The notes beneath the pieces were generated by a model. That model made no database searches. It was not told where the DNA came from and saw only the letters and a list, made by a program, of their open reading frames with translations. Positions 8,900 to 18,300 of a stretch of 64,000 nt of DNA are shown in pieces. The DNA comes from Planctomycetota bacterium (GTDB taxonomy: Bacteria; Planctomycetota; SZUA-567; H5-PLA8), in assembly GCA_038227875.1 (NCBI GenBank), contig JBBRPR010000030.1:35923-99922 (forward strand), given 5' to 3'. Position numbers and translations under genes: made by a program. Numbering within the stretch: position 1 is the stretch's first letter; every line of letters starts with the position of its first letter.

Positions 8900-10624
8900 T
8901 TAAATTATTGTATCGTCCGGCCGCGCGGTGCCGATGGCTTCCGGCAACGAAGTCAGGCCCTGTTTCACCTTCTCCATGCAGTCTTCGAACATGGTGCGCA
9001 TTCCGGCTCGGCGGGCAGCGCCCTTCAACTCATCCGCGGTCGCGTGCTTGTTGATCAAGGTGCGTAGTTCGTCGGACATCTTCAGCAGCTCGTGGATACC
9101 GACGCGACCCTTGTAGCCGGAGCCCGAGCATTTCGGACAGCCACCTGGCCGCATGATTTTACCGATCGGCGCATCATCTTTGGCGCGCCGGAGCAAAGCC
9201 ATCTCGTCTTCGGTCGGATCTCCTGCAACTTTACAGGCGCAGAGTCGGCGCAACAGACGCTGGGCGCAGATGCAGACCATGCAGGTCGAGACCATGAACG
9301 GTTCGATGTCCATTTCACCGAAGCGATTGATCGTCGATGGCGCATCATTGGTGTGGAGCGTGGAGAACAGCACGTGTCCGGTGAGCGCCGCTTCGATCGC
9401 GATTTCCGCCGTTTCCGTATCGCGGATTTCGCCCACGAGGATGATGTCCGGGTCTTGTCGCAGGTAGCAGCGCAACGCGGCGGCGAAGGTCAGACCGATA
9501 TCCTTTTTCATCTGCATCTGATTCAGGCGCGGCAGCGTGTATTCGATCGGGTCTTCGGCCGTCGAGATGTTCCATTCCGGCGTGTTGATTTCATTGAGCG
9601 CGGCGTAGAGCGTCATTGACTTGCCCGAACCAGTCGGGCCGCAATGCAGGATCATGCCGTAGGGCACCTGGATCAAATCGCGGTACATCGTCAGGTTGTA
9701 GGAAGAGAAACCGAGCTTCTCCAGCGGCAAGCAGGACTTGGTCTTGTCAAGGATACGCGCGCAGACCTTTTCGCCGTGATTCATCGGCGCCGTGGAAACG
9801 CGCAAGTCGAGGTCGAATTTCGGATTGAACTTCTTGAAGACAATACGACCGTCCTGCGGCAACCGGCGTTCGGAGATGTTCAAGTCGCTCATGATCTTGA
9901 TGCGGCTGATCAGCGCGCGGTGCGAGGACTTGGGCAGCTGCATCTGGTCTTTCAGAATACCGTCGATGCGGTACCGCACGTAGACGCGGTCTTCCGCCGG
10001 TTCGATGTGAATATCGGATGCGCCCTGCAGGTATGCGTCTTCGACGATGCGGTTGCCGAGCTTCACGATCGGCGCGGAGTTTTCATTTTCTTCTTCCTGA
10101 TTGACCGACGGGCCGTTCATCGAGTCCTGCAGGCCCATCTGGTCTTCGAGCATCTTGGCCGTGGCGGCCAGTTCGCCGGCAACATCGACGGTCTTCTTGA
10201 AGGCCTTGTCGATCGCTTTCTTGATCGCGACTTCCGTGGCCAGCACCGGCACGATTTCGCACCCGGTGACCAGTTTCACGTCGTCCAGCAGCAGCACGTC
10301 GAAAGGATTGGCGATAGCCAGCGTCAGCATCTTCCCCAGCTTGGCCACGGGAAAGACCTGGTAGTTGTTCGCCTGCTCTTCGCTGAGCAGCTCCAGCGCT
10401 TCCGGCGAGGCATCGATCTTGGAGAGATTGATCGGGTAGTAGTTCATCTCTTCGGCGACGGACGTGATGATCGTGCCTTCGTCGCAGAAATTCTTATCGA
10501 TGAGCGTCTGGGTCAGGGAGGCGTTGTTTTTTTCGCAATCCGCGAGTGCTTCGTCGCGCTGCTGCTCGGTCAGCACCTTTGTCTTGGTTAGAATCGCCGC
10601 CAGCTTTTTGTCGAACTTGGCCAT
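8900..10624 (-). CDS. pilB: Type IV pilus assembly ATPase (PilB/GspE)
   Basis: ASDIHIEP, RLPQDGR, Walker A GPTGSGKS, EDPIEY, RQDPDIILVGEIRD, TGHVLFSTLHTND, Cys Zn motif. Confidence 0.93.
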   Translation of the reverse strand: MAKFDKKLAAILTKTKVLTEQQRDEALADCEKNNASLTQTLIDKNFCDEGTIITSVAEEMNYYPINLSKIDASPEALELLSEEQANNYQVFPVAKLGKMLTLAIANPFDVLLLDDVKLVTGCEIVPVLATEVAIKKAIDKAFKKTVDVAGELAATAKMLEDQMGLQDSMNGPSVNQEEENENSAPIVKLGNRIVEDAYLQGASDIHIEPAEDRVYVRYRIDGILKDQMQLPKSSHRALISRIKIMSDLNISERRLPQDGRIVFKKFNPKFDLDLRVSTAPMNHGEKVCARILDKTKSCLPLEKLGFSSYNLTMYRDLIQVPYGMILHCGPTGSGKSMTLYAALNEINTPEWNISTAEDPIEYTLPRLNQMQMKKDIGLTFAAALRCYLRQDPDIILVGEIRDTETAEIAIEAALTGHVLFSTLHTNDAPSTINRFGEMDIEPFMVSTCMVCICAQRLLRRLCACKVAGDPTEDEMALLRRAKDDAPIGKIMRPGGCPKCSGSGYKGRVGIHELLKMSDELRTLINKHATADELKGAARRAGMRTMFEDCMEKVKQGLTSLPEAIGTARPDDTII

Positions 10625-10710
10625 GCGTCAGAACCTTTTTATCGCACTGTTTCGCGTCTATCGTGAAGTTGAGCTACCTGCGCAGCGCCCGATGGCGCAG
10701 CGGCGACCCG

Positions 10711-11799
10711 CTACGATTTCTTGAACAAGCCCAGCAACCCGGTGCCGGACTTGGGAGCCGGCGGACTGCCGGTCTTGGTCTGCCCGGCGGGAGCCGGCGT
10801 TTCGTTTTTCTCCTGACCTTGTGGAGGAGGAGGCGGCGGCGTGGCATTGGCCGGCTTGAATCCCGCCAGCGCCGACAACTTCTGCGATCCGGCCGACGAC
10901 TTCGACGCGGAGGGCACCTGCTGATTCATGCCACTGATCGCCGCCGGCGGCTTGGCGCCCAGCGGTCCGGAAGGAAGAGGCGGAACCGGCGTCTGCGTCG
11001 CTTTGAACATGCTTGACGCCGAAGCTGCCGCCGGTGCGGCAGGCGGTCCCGACTTGAAAACATTCGAAGACGTCACTGCCGGAGCTCCGCCGGACTTGGT
11101 CGCAAATCCCGGTGCCGGAGGTTTGGGCGGCGCATTGACCGCAACGGCCGCGCCGGACTTTCCGGCGTTCTTCATGAACGATGGCACGGCAGGAGCCGCC
11201 GCCGCTGGAGCCGGTGGCGGCGGAACGCCGGGCACCGCTTTCGCGCCCGCGGGCGCACCCATCGGCGTGGTCGGAGCCGCGACGGCTCCGGGCTGCGGCG
11301 TCATGTCCAGCAGCATCGTGCCCAGGCTGGTGAGCTCCGACTGTTCCTTCTTGAAGTCCTTGGCGTACTTTTCCAGCGCCGTGCGAATGTCCTTCCACGT
11401 GCTCACAAACTGATGAACCTTGCAGCCGCTGCAGCGTTCCAGTTCGTCCAGCACGTCGTGGTTCATCAGGCCGGCACCGACGATCACCAGCACCCTTCCG
11501 ATCTTGTCACAGGCCAGGAACTGGTATTCGTAGTACATGCGTTCGGGGAAAATATTCAGAACTTCAGGGGTGACGTGAAACTGCAGCGCCGAGGCAAAGG
11601 GAAGATTGAACTGCTGCACAATCGTCTGCGCGATCACTTCTTCGGTGACAAAGCCGAGTTTGACCAGCGCTTCGCCCAGGAACAGATTGCTCTTGCGCTG
11701 TTCTTCCAGCGCTGCGCGAATCTGGTCGTCGGAGACCAAGCCTTCTGCCTGGAGCAACTCTCCCAGGCGGCGTTTTGTCATTCGCGTGATTCGGGCCAC
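10711..11799 (-). CDS. Stand-alone MshEN/T2SSE-N domain protein with long Pro/Ala tail, no ATPase
   Basis: RLGELLQAEGLVSDDQIRAALEEQ followed by FLGEALVKLGFVTEEVIAQTIVQQ (tandem MshEN motif), GspE-N-like domain, about 200 aa low-complexity P/A/G/S/K region, C-terminal GLLGLFKKS. Confidence 0.8.
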   Translation of the reverse strand: MARITRMTKRRLGELLQAEGLVSDDQIRAALEEQRKSNLFLGEALVKLGFVTEEVIAQTIVQQFNLPFASALQFHVTPEVLNIFPERMYYEYQFLACDKIGRVLVIVGAGLMNHDVLDELERCSGCKVHQFVSTWKDIRTALEKYAKDFKKEQSELTSLGTMLLDMTPQPGAVAAPTTPMGAPAGAKAVPGVPPPPAPAAAAPAVPSFMKNAGKSGAAVAVNAPPKPPAPGFATKSGGAPAVTSSNVFKSGPPAAPAAASASSMFKATQTPVPPLPSGPLGAKPPAAISGMNQQVPSASKSSAGSQKLSALAGFKPANATPPPPPPQGQEKNETPAPAGQTKTGSPPAPKSGTGLLGLFKKS

Positions 11800-11867
11800 A
11801 GGTCACTCCCACACAGTTCTGTTGCGAAGCGTTGTTGCCGTTACTGTCCGACCTTGGCGTTTCGGTA

Positions 11868-12932
11868 CTACGCCACCTGGAACGTCTTCTTCAAGTCTTC
11901 CAGATTGTGCGTGTACTGCAGGGCGATGTCGTACGTGATCTTGCCGGATTTGTAGAGCTCCAGCAGCGACTGATTCATCGTGCGCATGCCCGTCTTGTTT
12001 CCGGTCTGGATCGTCGAGTAGATCTGATGCACCTTGTCGTCGCGGATGTTGGCCCGGATGGCGTCGTTGGGAATCATGATTTCCGGGCACAGGCAGCGGC
12101 CCTTGCCCACCGCCAGCGGGAGCAACTGCTGACAGAACACGCCTTCCAGCACGAACGACAACTGCGTGCGGATCTGATTCTGCTGCTCGGCCGGGAAGAC
12201 GTCGATGATACGATTGATGGTCTGCACGCAATTGGACGTATGCAGTGTGGCGAAGGTCAAATGGCCCGTCTCGGCCAGCGTCAATCCCAGTTCGATGGTT
12301 TCCTTATCTCGCATTTCACCGATCAGCACCACGTCCGGGTCCTGACGCAGCACGTGCTTCAGGGCCTGCGCAAAACTCTTCGTGTCCGGTCCGACTTCAC
12401 GCTGATTGACCAGGCACTGTTTGTTGCGATGGACGAATTCGATCGGGTCTTCAATCGTGATGATGTGGTACTGGCCGTTGATGTTGATGTAGTCGATCAT
12501 CGCCGCCAGCGTGGTCGACTTTCCCGAACCGGTCGCGCCGGTCACGAGGATCAGCCCTTTGGGCAGGTCGCAGAGTTTCTGGCAGACCTGCGCGGGCACG
12601 CCCAGCTTCTCGAACGTCGCGATTTCATAGGGAATCACGCGAATGGCCGTGCCGACTGCGCCGCGCTGATAGAACACGTTCACGCGGAATCGTCCGATGC
12701 CGGCGATGCCGAAACTCATGTCCAATTCTTTCTCGGATTCGAATTTCGCGATCTGTTCGTTGTCGAGAATCGAGTAGATGATTTTCTGTGTGGTATCGGC
12801 GTCCATCATGTCGTGCTCAGTCGGCACCAGCGCGCCGTCGATGCGAATGCGCGGAGCGGAACCGGCGGTGATGTGCAAGTCGGATGACTTGCGTTCCATC
12901 ATGACACGAAGCAATTCTTCAAGCGTAACCAT
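11868..12932 (-). CDS. pilT: Type IV pilus retraction ATPase
   Basis: SDLHITAG, GATGSGKSTT, EDPIEF, LRQDPDV, ETGHLTFATLHT, AIRANIRD (AIRNLIRE variant). Confidence 0.95.
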   Translation of the reverse strand: MVTLEELLRVMMERKSSDLHITAGSAPRIRIDGALVPTEHDMMDADTTQKIIYSILDNEQIAKFESEKELDMSFGIAGIGRFRVNVFYQRGAVGTAIRVIPYEIATFEKLGVPAQVCQKLCDLPKGLILVTGATGSGKSTTLAAMIDYININGQYHIITIEDPIEFVHRNKQCLVNQREVGPDTKSFAQALKHVLRQDPDVVLIGEMRDKETIELGLTLAETGHLTFATLHTSNCVQTINRIIDVFPAEQQNQIRTQLSFVLEGVFCQQLLPLAVGKGRCLCPEIMIPNDAIRANIRDDKVHQIYSTIQTGNKTGMRTMNQSLLELYKSGKITYDIALQYTHNLEDLKKTFQVA

Positions 12933-13177
12933 TGCTTAGGAAAGTCTCCGTAACCCTTTCAGAAACGCAAGAAAACATCACAGGTGCACTTTGTTCATTA
13001 GGACTCCATGTTAGTAGCATTTCTTGCCGCGTATGTCAACAGGTAGACGCCGCGCAAGCGCGGATTCTGAAGGATTTAAATTGCGAAATGGCTGGGATTT
13101 CGGTCGTTTTAGCGCGCCGCCTGTCCCGAAGTCGCTGACGTCGCTGCACTCTGCGTCAACAACCTGCGGTACGGCAC

Positions 13178-13795
13178 TTACTTCTGTTGTACTTTCACGG
13201 TCCGGCCTTCAATTTTCAACCGCCCTTGCGCGACCAGTTGAATCGCCTCCGGATAAATCTCCCGCTCCGCAGCCTGAACCCGCGCGGCCAGCGATTCCAC
13301 CGTATCGTCGTCCAGCACCGGCACACTGCGCTGCGCCACGATCGGACCCTGATCGTATTCGTTGTCGACGAAGTGGACCGTGCAGCCCGTGATCTTGCAG
13401 CCGGCCTTCAAGACCGATTCGTGAACCTTGTTTCCGTAGTAGCCCTTTCCGCCAAACGCCGGGAGCAGCGCCGGGTGAATATTGATCACGCGGTGCGCGT
13501 ACGCGTCGGGAATTTTCAAGAGCGACATGAACCCCGCCAGGCAGATCAGGTCCGGCTTGTACGGCGCCAGCGTCTCGAAAATCGCCGCGGAGAAATCTTC
13601 GGGCAGCACGAACTTCTTCCGTTCAACCACGTGCGCCGGAATGCCCCGCTTGCGCGCGCGCTCCAGGCCAAACGCGTCGGCGCGGCTGGACAACACCGCG
13701 ACAATCTCCACGTCCAGCGCGCCCGCATCGCGCTTCTGGAAGAGATTTTCCAGCGTCGTACCCGAACCCGTCAACAACACCGCTATGCGCATCAT
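13178..13795 (-). CDS. purN: Phosphoribosylglycinamide formyltransferase
   Basis: RIAVLLTGSGTTL, LAGFM, INIHPALLPAFGG, GCTVHFVDNEYDQGPIV. Confidence 0.95.
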   Translation of the reverse strand: MMRIAVLLTGSGTTLENLFQKRDAGALDVEIVAVLSSRADAFGLERARKRGIPAHVVERKKFVLPEDFSAAIFETLAPYKPDLICLAGFMSLLKIPDAYAHRVINIHPALLPAFGGKGYYGNKVHESVLKAGCKITGCTVHFVDNEYDQGPIVAQRSVPVLDDDTVESLAARVQAAEREIYPEAIQLVAQGRLKIEGRTVKVQQK

Positions 13796-13811
13796 CGAAT
13801 TTTTCCCGACA

Positions 13812-14807
13812 CTAGTCTTTTCGTTTCCACTCATCCCTGCCCTTCAAGTGGGACGAAAAGTCTACTTTGCGCGATGAAAATTGCAGGTCATATTCCAACT
13901 CTGCGCCCGTCAACGCCAGTGTGCGGATATCGCGCGTCAACCTTCCATGGATCGCGATTTTCACACTGGCCTCCGCGATGGGGATTCCGCCCCACGTAAA
14001 GCCGGTTGGAATCTCCTCGCTGCTTTCGCCGGTAAACCTGATCTCGGCCGTGCGATTGGAGTCCAGACGATCGACGCGATACGTGAATTTCACCAGCGCC
14101 TCGCCGTGCAGCGGTGCGGGACTCGGAGCACGCGCCGTCTGGTGGAAGGTCGCACCGTCGTACAGCGTGGTGGGAATCGGCGGCAGCAGCAGTTCCACCT
14201 GGCGGTCGAACATCACCGCTTCGGCGAGGGGCTCCAGAAGCCCGTCCGCTGTGATCGCCGCACGGGAATTGCCCTCGGCATCCCACGTCAGTTCGGCGAG
14301 AGGAGTGGCCGCCGCGCGTTGCAGCACGTCGCGGTCGCCGGGCTTGCCATCGCGCAGAAACTCGCGCAACTTTTTCTCGCCGCGCGATTCGGTGTAGCCG
14401 TCCTTGTCGAACTTGAAATCCCAGCGCGTTCCGTCTGCGTTCTTGATGAATCCTTCAGCGCCCAACGGTCTGGCAAGCGTCCTGGCGGCGGACGCGTCGT
14501 CTTCAAGTTTCACACGCAGCGTCAATTCCGCGGCGCCCCGGTCTTTGTAATCCACGCGCCGTCCGGCAAAGATCGTTTCGCTCACAGCTGTATGAGTAAT
14601 GTCAAATTTCTCCGGCCGGCGAAAGAGCCAGGCGGGAGCGCCATGCGATGAATCGGGGGTTGTGGGCGTGACGGAAATCGCAGGAGACGTCGGGAGCAGC
14701 GGGTGTGCGGTTTCGGGCTTCTCTTCAGCGCTCGCAGACAGGGACGCGATTGAAAAAATCGCGGCCATCAACACGATGGCCGCACACAAATCCGAAGCGA
14801 CGCGCAT
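13812..14807 (-). CDS. Exported hypothetical protein
   Basis: 331-aa ORF with signal peptide (...FSIASLSASA-EE) and coding-like composition. Confidence 0.7.
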   Translation of the reverse strand: MRVASDLCAAIVLMAAIFSIASLSASAEEKPETAHPLLPTSPAISVTPTTPDSSHGAPAWLFRRPEKFDITHTAVSETIFAGRRVDYKDRGAAELTLRVKLEDDASAARTLARPLGAEGFIKNADGTRWDFKFDKDGYTESRGEKKLREFLRDGKPGDRDVLQRAAATPLAELTWDAEGNSRAAITADGLLEPLAEAVMFDRQVELLLPPIPTTLYDGATFHQTARAPSPAPLHGEALVKFTYRVDRLDSNRTAEIRFTGESSEEIPTGFTWGGIPIAEASVKIAIHGRLTRDIRTLALTGAELEYDLQFSSRKVDFSSHLKGRDEWKRKD

Positions 14808-14873
14808 GAACTGTCTCCCGTGATCTCGGCAAGACGCTTCGCGCTCCGCCGCTCTTCACGGATAAACAGGCAT

Positions 14874-15149
14874 TTATTTCACGGGTGTGGCGAAATCGAG
14901 TTCGCGCACAACCGTTGCGGTGTCGGCCGGCGTCAATTCCAGGTATTTGAGAGACAACCACGCGCGCATTGTGATCGGTTGAGCCCCGTCCGATAGCACA
15001 GGCAACAAACCGCCCAGATAACGCACTATCAGCGCTTTCGAGACAAGGTACCGCTGGTCACACAGCGGGCAGACCACAATAGCATTCTTCAGGACCTTCT
15101 GATACGGAACGTCCAAGCTGGCTTCACACGACTTGCATTCGATACGCAT
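14874..15149 (-). CDS. Small zinc-ribbon protein
   Basis: MRIECKSC...VVCPLCDQRY (two CxxC) behind a GGAGA RBS. Confidence 0.6.
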   Translation of the reverse strand: MRIECKSCEASLDVPYQKVLKNAIVVCPLCDQRYLVSKALIVRYLGGLLPVLSDGAQPITMRAWLSLKYLELTPADTATVVRELDFATPVK

Positions 15150-15353
15150 AGTTATCTCCAATTCGTTTCGTCCGGAGACGTAGAACGCAAGTCAAAGTCC
15201 AACCCATAACCCTCACGACCACGTGGGACGAGGATTATTTGCTGAGTGAAAATGAGTCAGAATGCAGCTGAAAATTGAATGCGCGCACGCGGATGCTTCG
15301 CGCGGAGCGGACATGGCAAAATGTGCAGTCTGCGTAAATTCCAGCAATTATTT

Positions 15354-18300
15354 TTACGGGAACGTCAGCGCCGGCGCCGCGCGGTTGACGGCGCCCGCAT
15401 TGTCGACATAGATCAACTGCGACTGTCCGGTCGGCACATTGATCGCACGTCCATTGATGGACGTGATCGCGAACCCTGTGGAATTTTTGATCGCCACCAT
15501 CTGGCCGTTGGCCATTCCATTAAGCGTCAGAGTGAATGTCGCCGCCACACCGCCGGCGGTCAGATCCACTTCCGATACGCCAGCAGCCGTAGCCACCGTG
15601 TTACCCGCCACCGCGATCGGCAGCGTCGACGCCAGCAGCGCTGTGCCGGTCGCATCCGGCAGCGTCACCGTGCGATTGGCCGTGACCGCCGCCGGCTTCA
15701 GACCCACGGTGAACGTCGCCGCCGGATTCTGCACCAGCAAACCCGCGTTGTTGACCGTCACGCCCGCGCTGAACGTCTTCGCGCCTGTGAACGTCTGCGC
15801 CGTGCCCAAAGTCGCGACCGTATCATTCGCGCCGAGCAGCGGAACGCTCAACACCCGGTTGGCCGTCTCCGCCGCCGGACGGACATTGACCGTAAACGTG
15901 CCCGCCGGATTCTGCACCAGCAGTCCCGTGTTTGAGAACGTCTTGGCGCCCGTGAACGTCTGCGCCGTGCCCAAGGTCGCGAGCGTGTCATTGGCGCCGA
16001 GCAACGGAACGCTCAACACCCGATTGGCCGTCTCCGCCGCCGGACGGACATTGACTGTGAACGTACCTGCGGGATTCTGCACCAGCAGTCCTGTGTTCGT
16101 AAACGTATTCGTATTCAAAAAGACATTCGCGCCATTCTTCAGCGGAATGTTCACCGACAGCGCCGTATCCGCCACGGACGTGTTCGGCAGAGTCAGTGCT
16201 CCCGCGACCGTCAATCCGCCGCTGGCCGTGGTCAGCGCGTTGAATGTCTTTGCGCCCGTGAATGTCTGCGCCGTGCCCAACGTCGCGATCGTGTCATTCG
16301 CGCCCAGCAACGGCACGCTCAAGACCCGGCTGGCCGTCTCGGCTGCCGGTCGCACATTGACCGTAAATGTGCCCGCCGGATTCTGCACCAGAAGCCCCGT
16401 GTTCGTAAACGTCGCATTGTTCGAGAAGACGTTGGCGTTGGTAAACGTGTTCGCCCCGTTCTTCAACGCCACGTTCGCCGACAACGCCGTATCCGCCACG
16501 GACGTGTTCGGCAGAGTCAGTGCTCCCGCCACCGTCAATCCGCCGCTGGCCGTGGTCAGCGCGCTGAACGTCTTCGCGCCCGTGAACGTCTGCGCCGTGC
16601 CCAACGTGGCGACCGTATCGTTCGCGCCGAGCAGCGGAACGCTCAGCACCCGGTTAGCAGTCTCGGCCGCCGGACGGACATTGACCGTGAACGTGCCGGC
16701 CGGATTCTGCACCAGCAAACCGGTGTTGTTGAACGTGTTCGTGCTGGTGAAAACATTTGCGCCATTCTTCAACGCCACGTTGACCGAAAGCGCCGTATCA
16801 GCCACCGACGTATTCGGCAGCGTCAGTGCTCCAGTCACCGTCAGCCCATTACTGGCCTTCAACAGTCCCGCCGAAGTAATCGTGCCCGCGCCCGTAGTCG
16901 CAATGTTTCCTGTCGTGCTGATGGCAATGTTCGCCGCCAGATTCGTGCCGGCGATCGTGGCGTTCGCGATCTTTGCGCCTGTCACCGCGCCTGCGGCAAT
17001 CGTGTTCGCATTGCCCGGACCCGTCACATCACCCGCCAAGATAACGCCGGAAGCCACCGCGCTGATCACGCCGCCCGCAATGGTGATCGAAACGCCGTCC
17101 GGCCGCACCGCGCCCACCGCTGCGCCTGTAGCCAACGGCAGACGCGCCACGGGGACTGTGCCATTCGTAAGTTGCGTGGCGTTAAGCGCAGTAAGCAGCG
17201 ACCCGTTTCCCGTCGCCGTTCCGCTGAAGGTCAAGTTGCCCGCGTTGTTGACGCTGAAATACTTCGTCGCGCCGCCGGAGTTTGTAACCGAAAACACATC
17301 CTGAGCCGGAGCTCCTGCCGACGTCTGCCGCACGCTCAGGCCTGTCACATTCGTCGCACCCGGATTGACCACATTTGCGTTCGTGAACGTCTGCGCCGCA
17401 TTCAGCAGCGCCACATTGCCCGACAAGGCCGTATCCGCCACCGACGTGTTCGGCAGCGTCACCGCGCCGGTCACCGTCAGCCCATTGCTCGCCTTGAGCA
17501 GCCCCGCCGACGTAATCGTGCCCGCGCCGGTCGTCGCAATGTTGCCTGTCGTACTGATCGAAATCCCCGACGCCAGATTCGCGCCAGTCACCTTCCCCGC
17601 CCCAATCGTGTTCGCGTTAGCCGGTCCGGAAACATCGCCCGACAAGTTGATGCCCGCCGCCGACGCACTGATCACGCCGCCGGCCACCGTGATCGTCGTG
17701 CCGTCCGCCTGCAACGCTCCCGGAGCCGCGGTCGTACCCAGCGGCAACCGTGCCACTGGCACCAGGCCAGACGCCAGCGCCGCAGCATCCAGCGACGTCA
17801 ACCCTGAACCGTTGCCGCTCAACACACCGCTCACCGACGTGTTGCCAGACTTGTCGACATTCAAGTACTTCGTCGCGCCGGTCGTATCGGTCACCGAGAA
17901 CACATTCAGCGACGGCGTCGCCGCCGACGTCTGCTTCACCACGACGCTCGATAGATCCGCCACGCCCGGGTCGAACGTGTTGGTCTTCGAGAACGTCTGT
18001 GCCGCGTCCAGCAGCGCCACATTCGCCGACAACGCGCTGTCCGCCACGGAATTGTTCGGCAGCGTCAAGCTTCCGCCGCTGAGCGTGAGGCCGTTGCTCG
18101 CCGTCAGCAAGCCCGTCGACGTCGTGGATCCAGCGACAGCCAGACTGCCGCTGGCTGACGTGTTGCCGGACTTGTCGACGTTCAAGTATTTCGTCGCGCC
18201 GGTCGTATCGGTCACCGAAAACACATCCAGCGACGGCGTCACCGCCGAGGTCTGCTTCACCACGACGCTCGACAGATCCGCCGCACCGGGATCGAACGTA

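Noticed and set aside
15700..16800. Near-identical adhesin repeats as a DGR template/variable pair
   Set aside because: Differences are mostly synonymous and not adenine-specific, all copies are in frame within one gene, and there is no reverse transcriptase.
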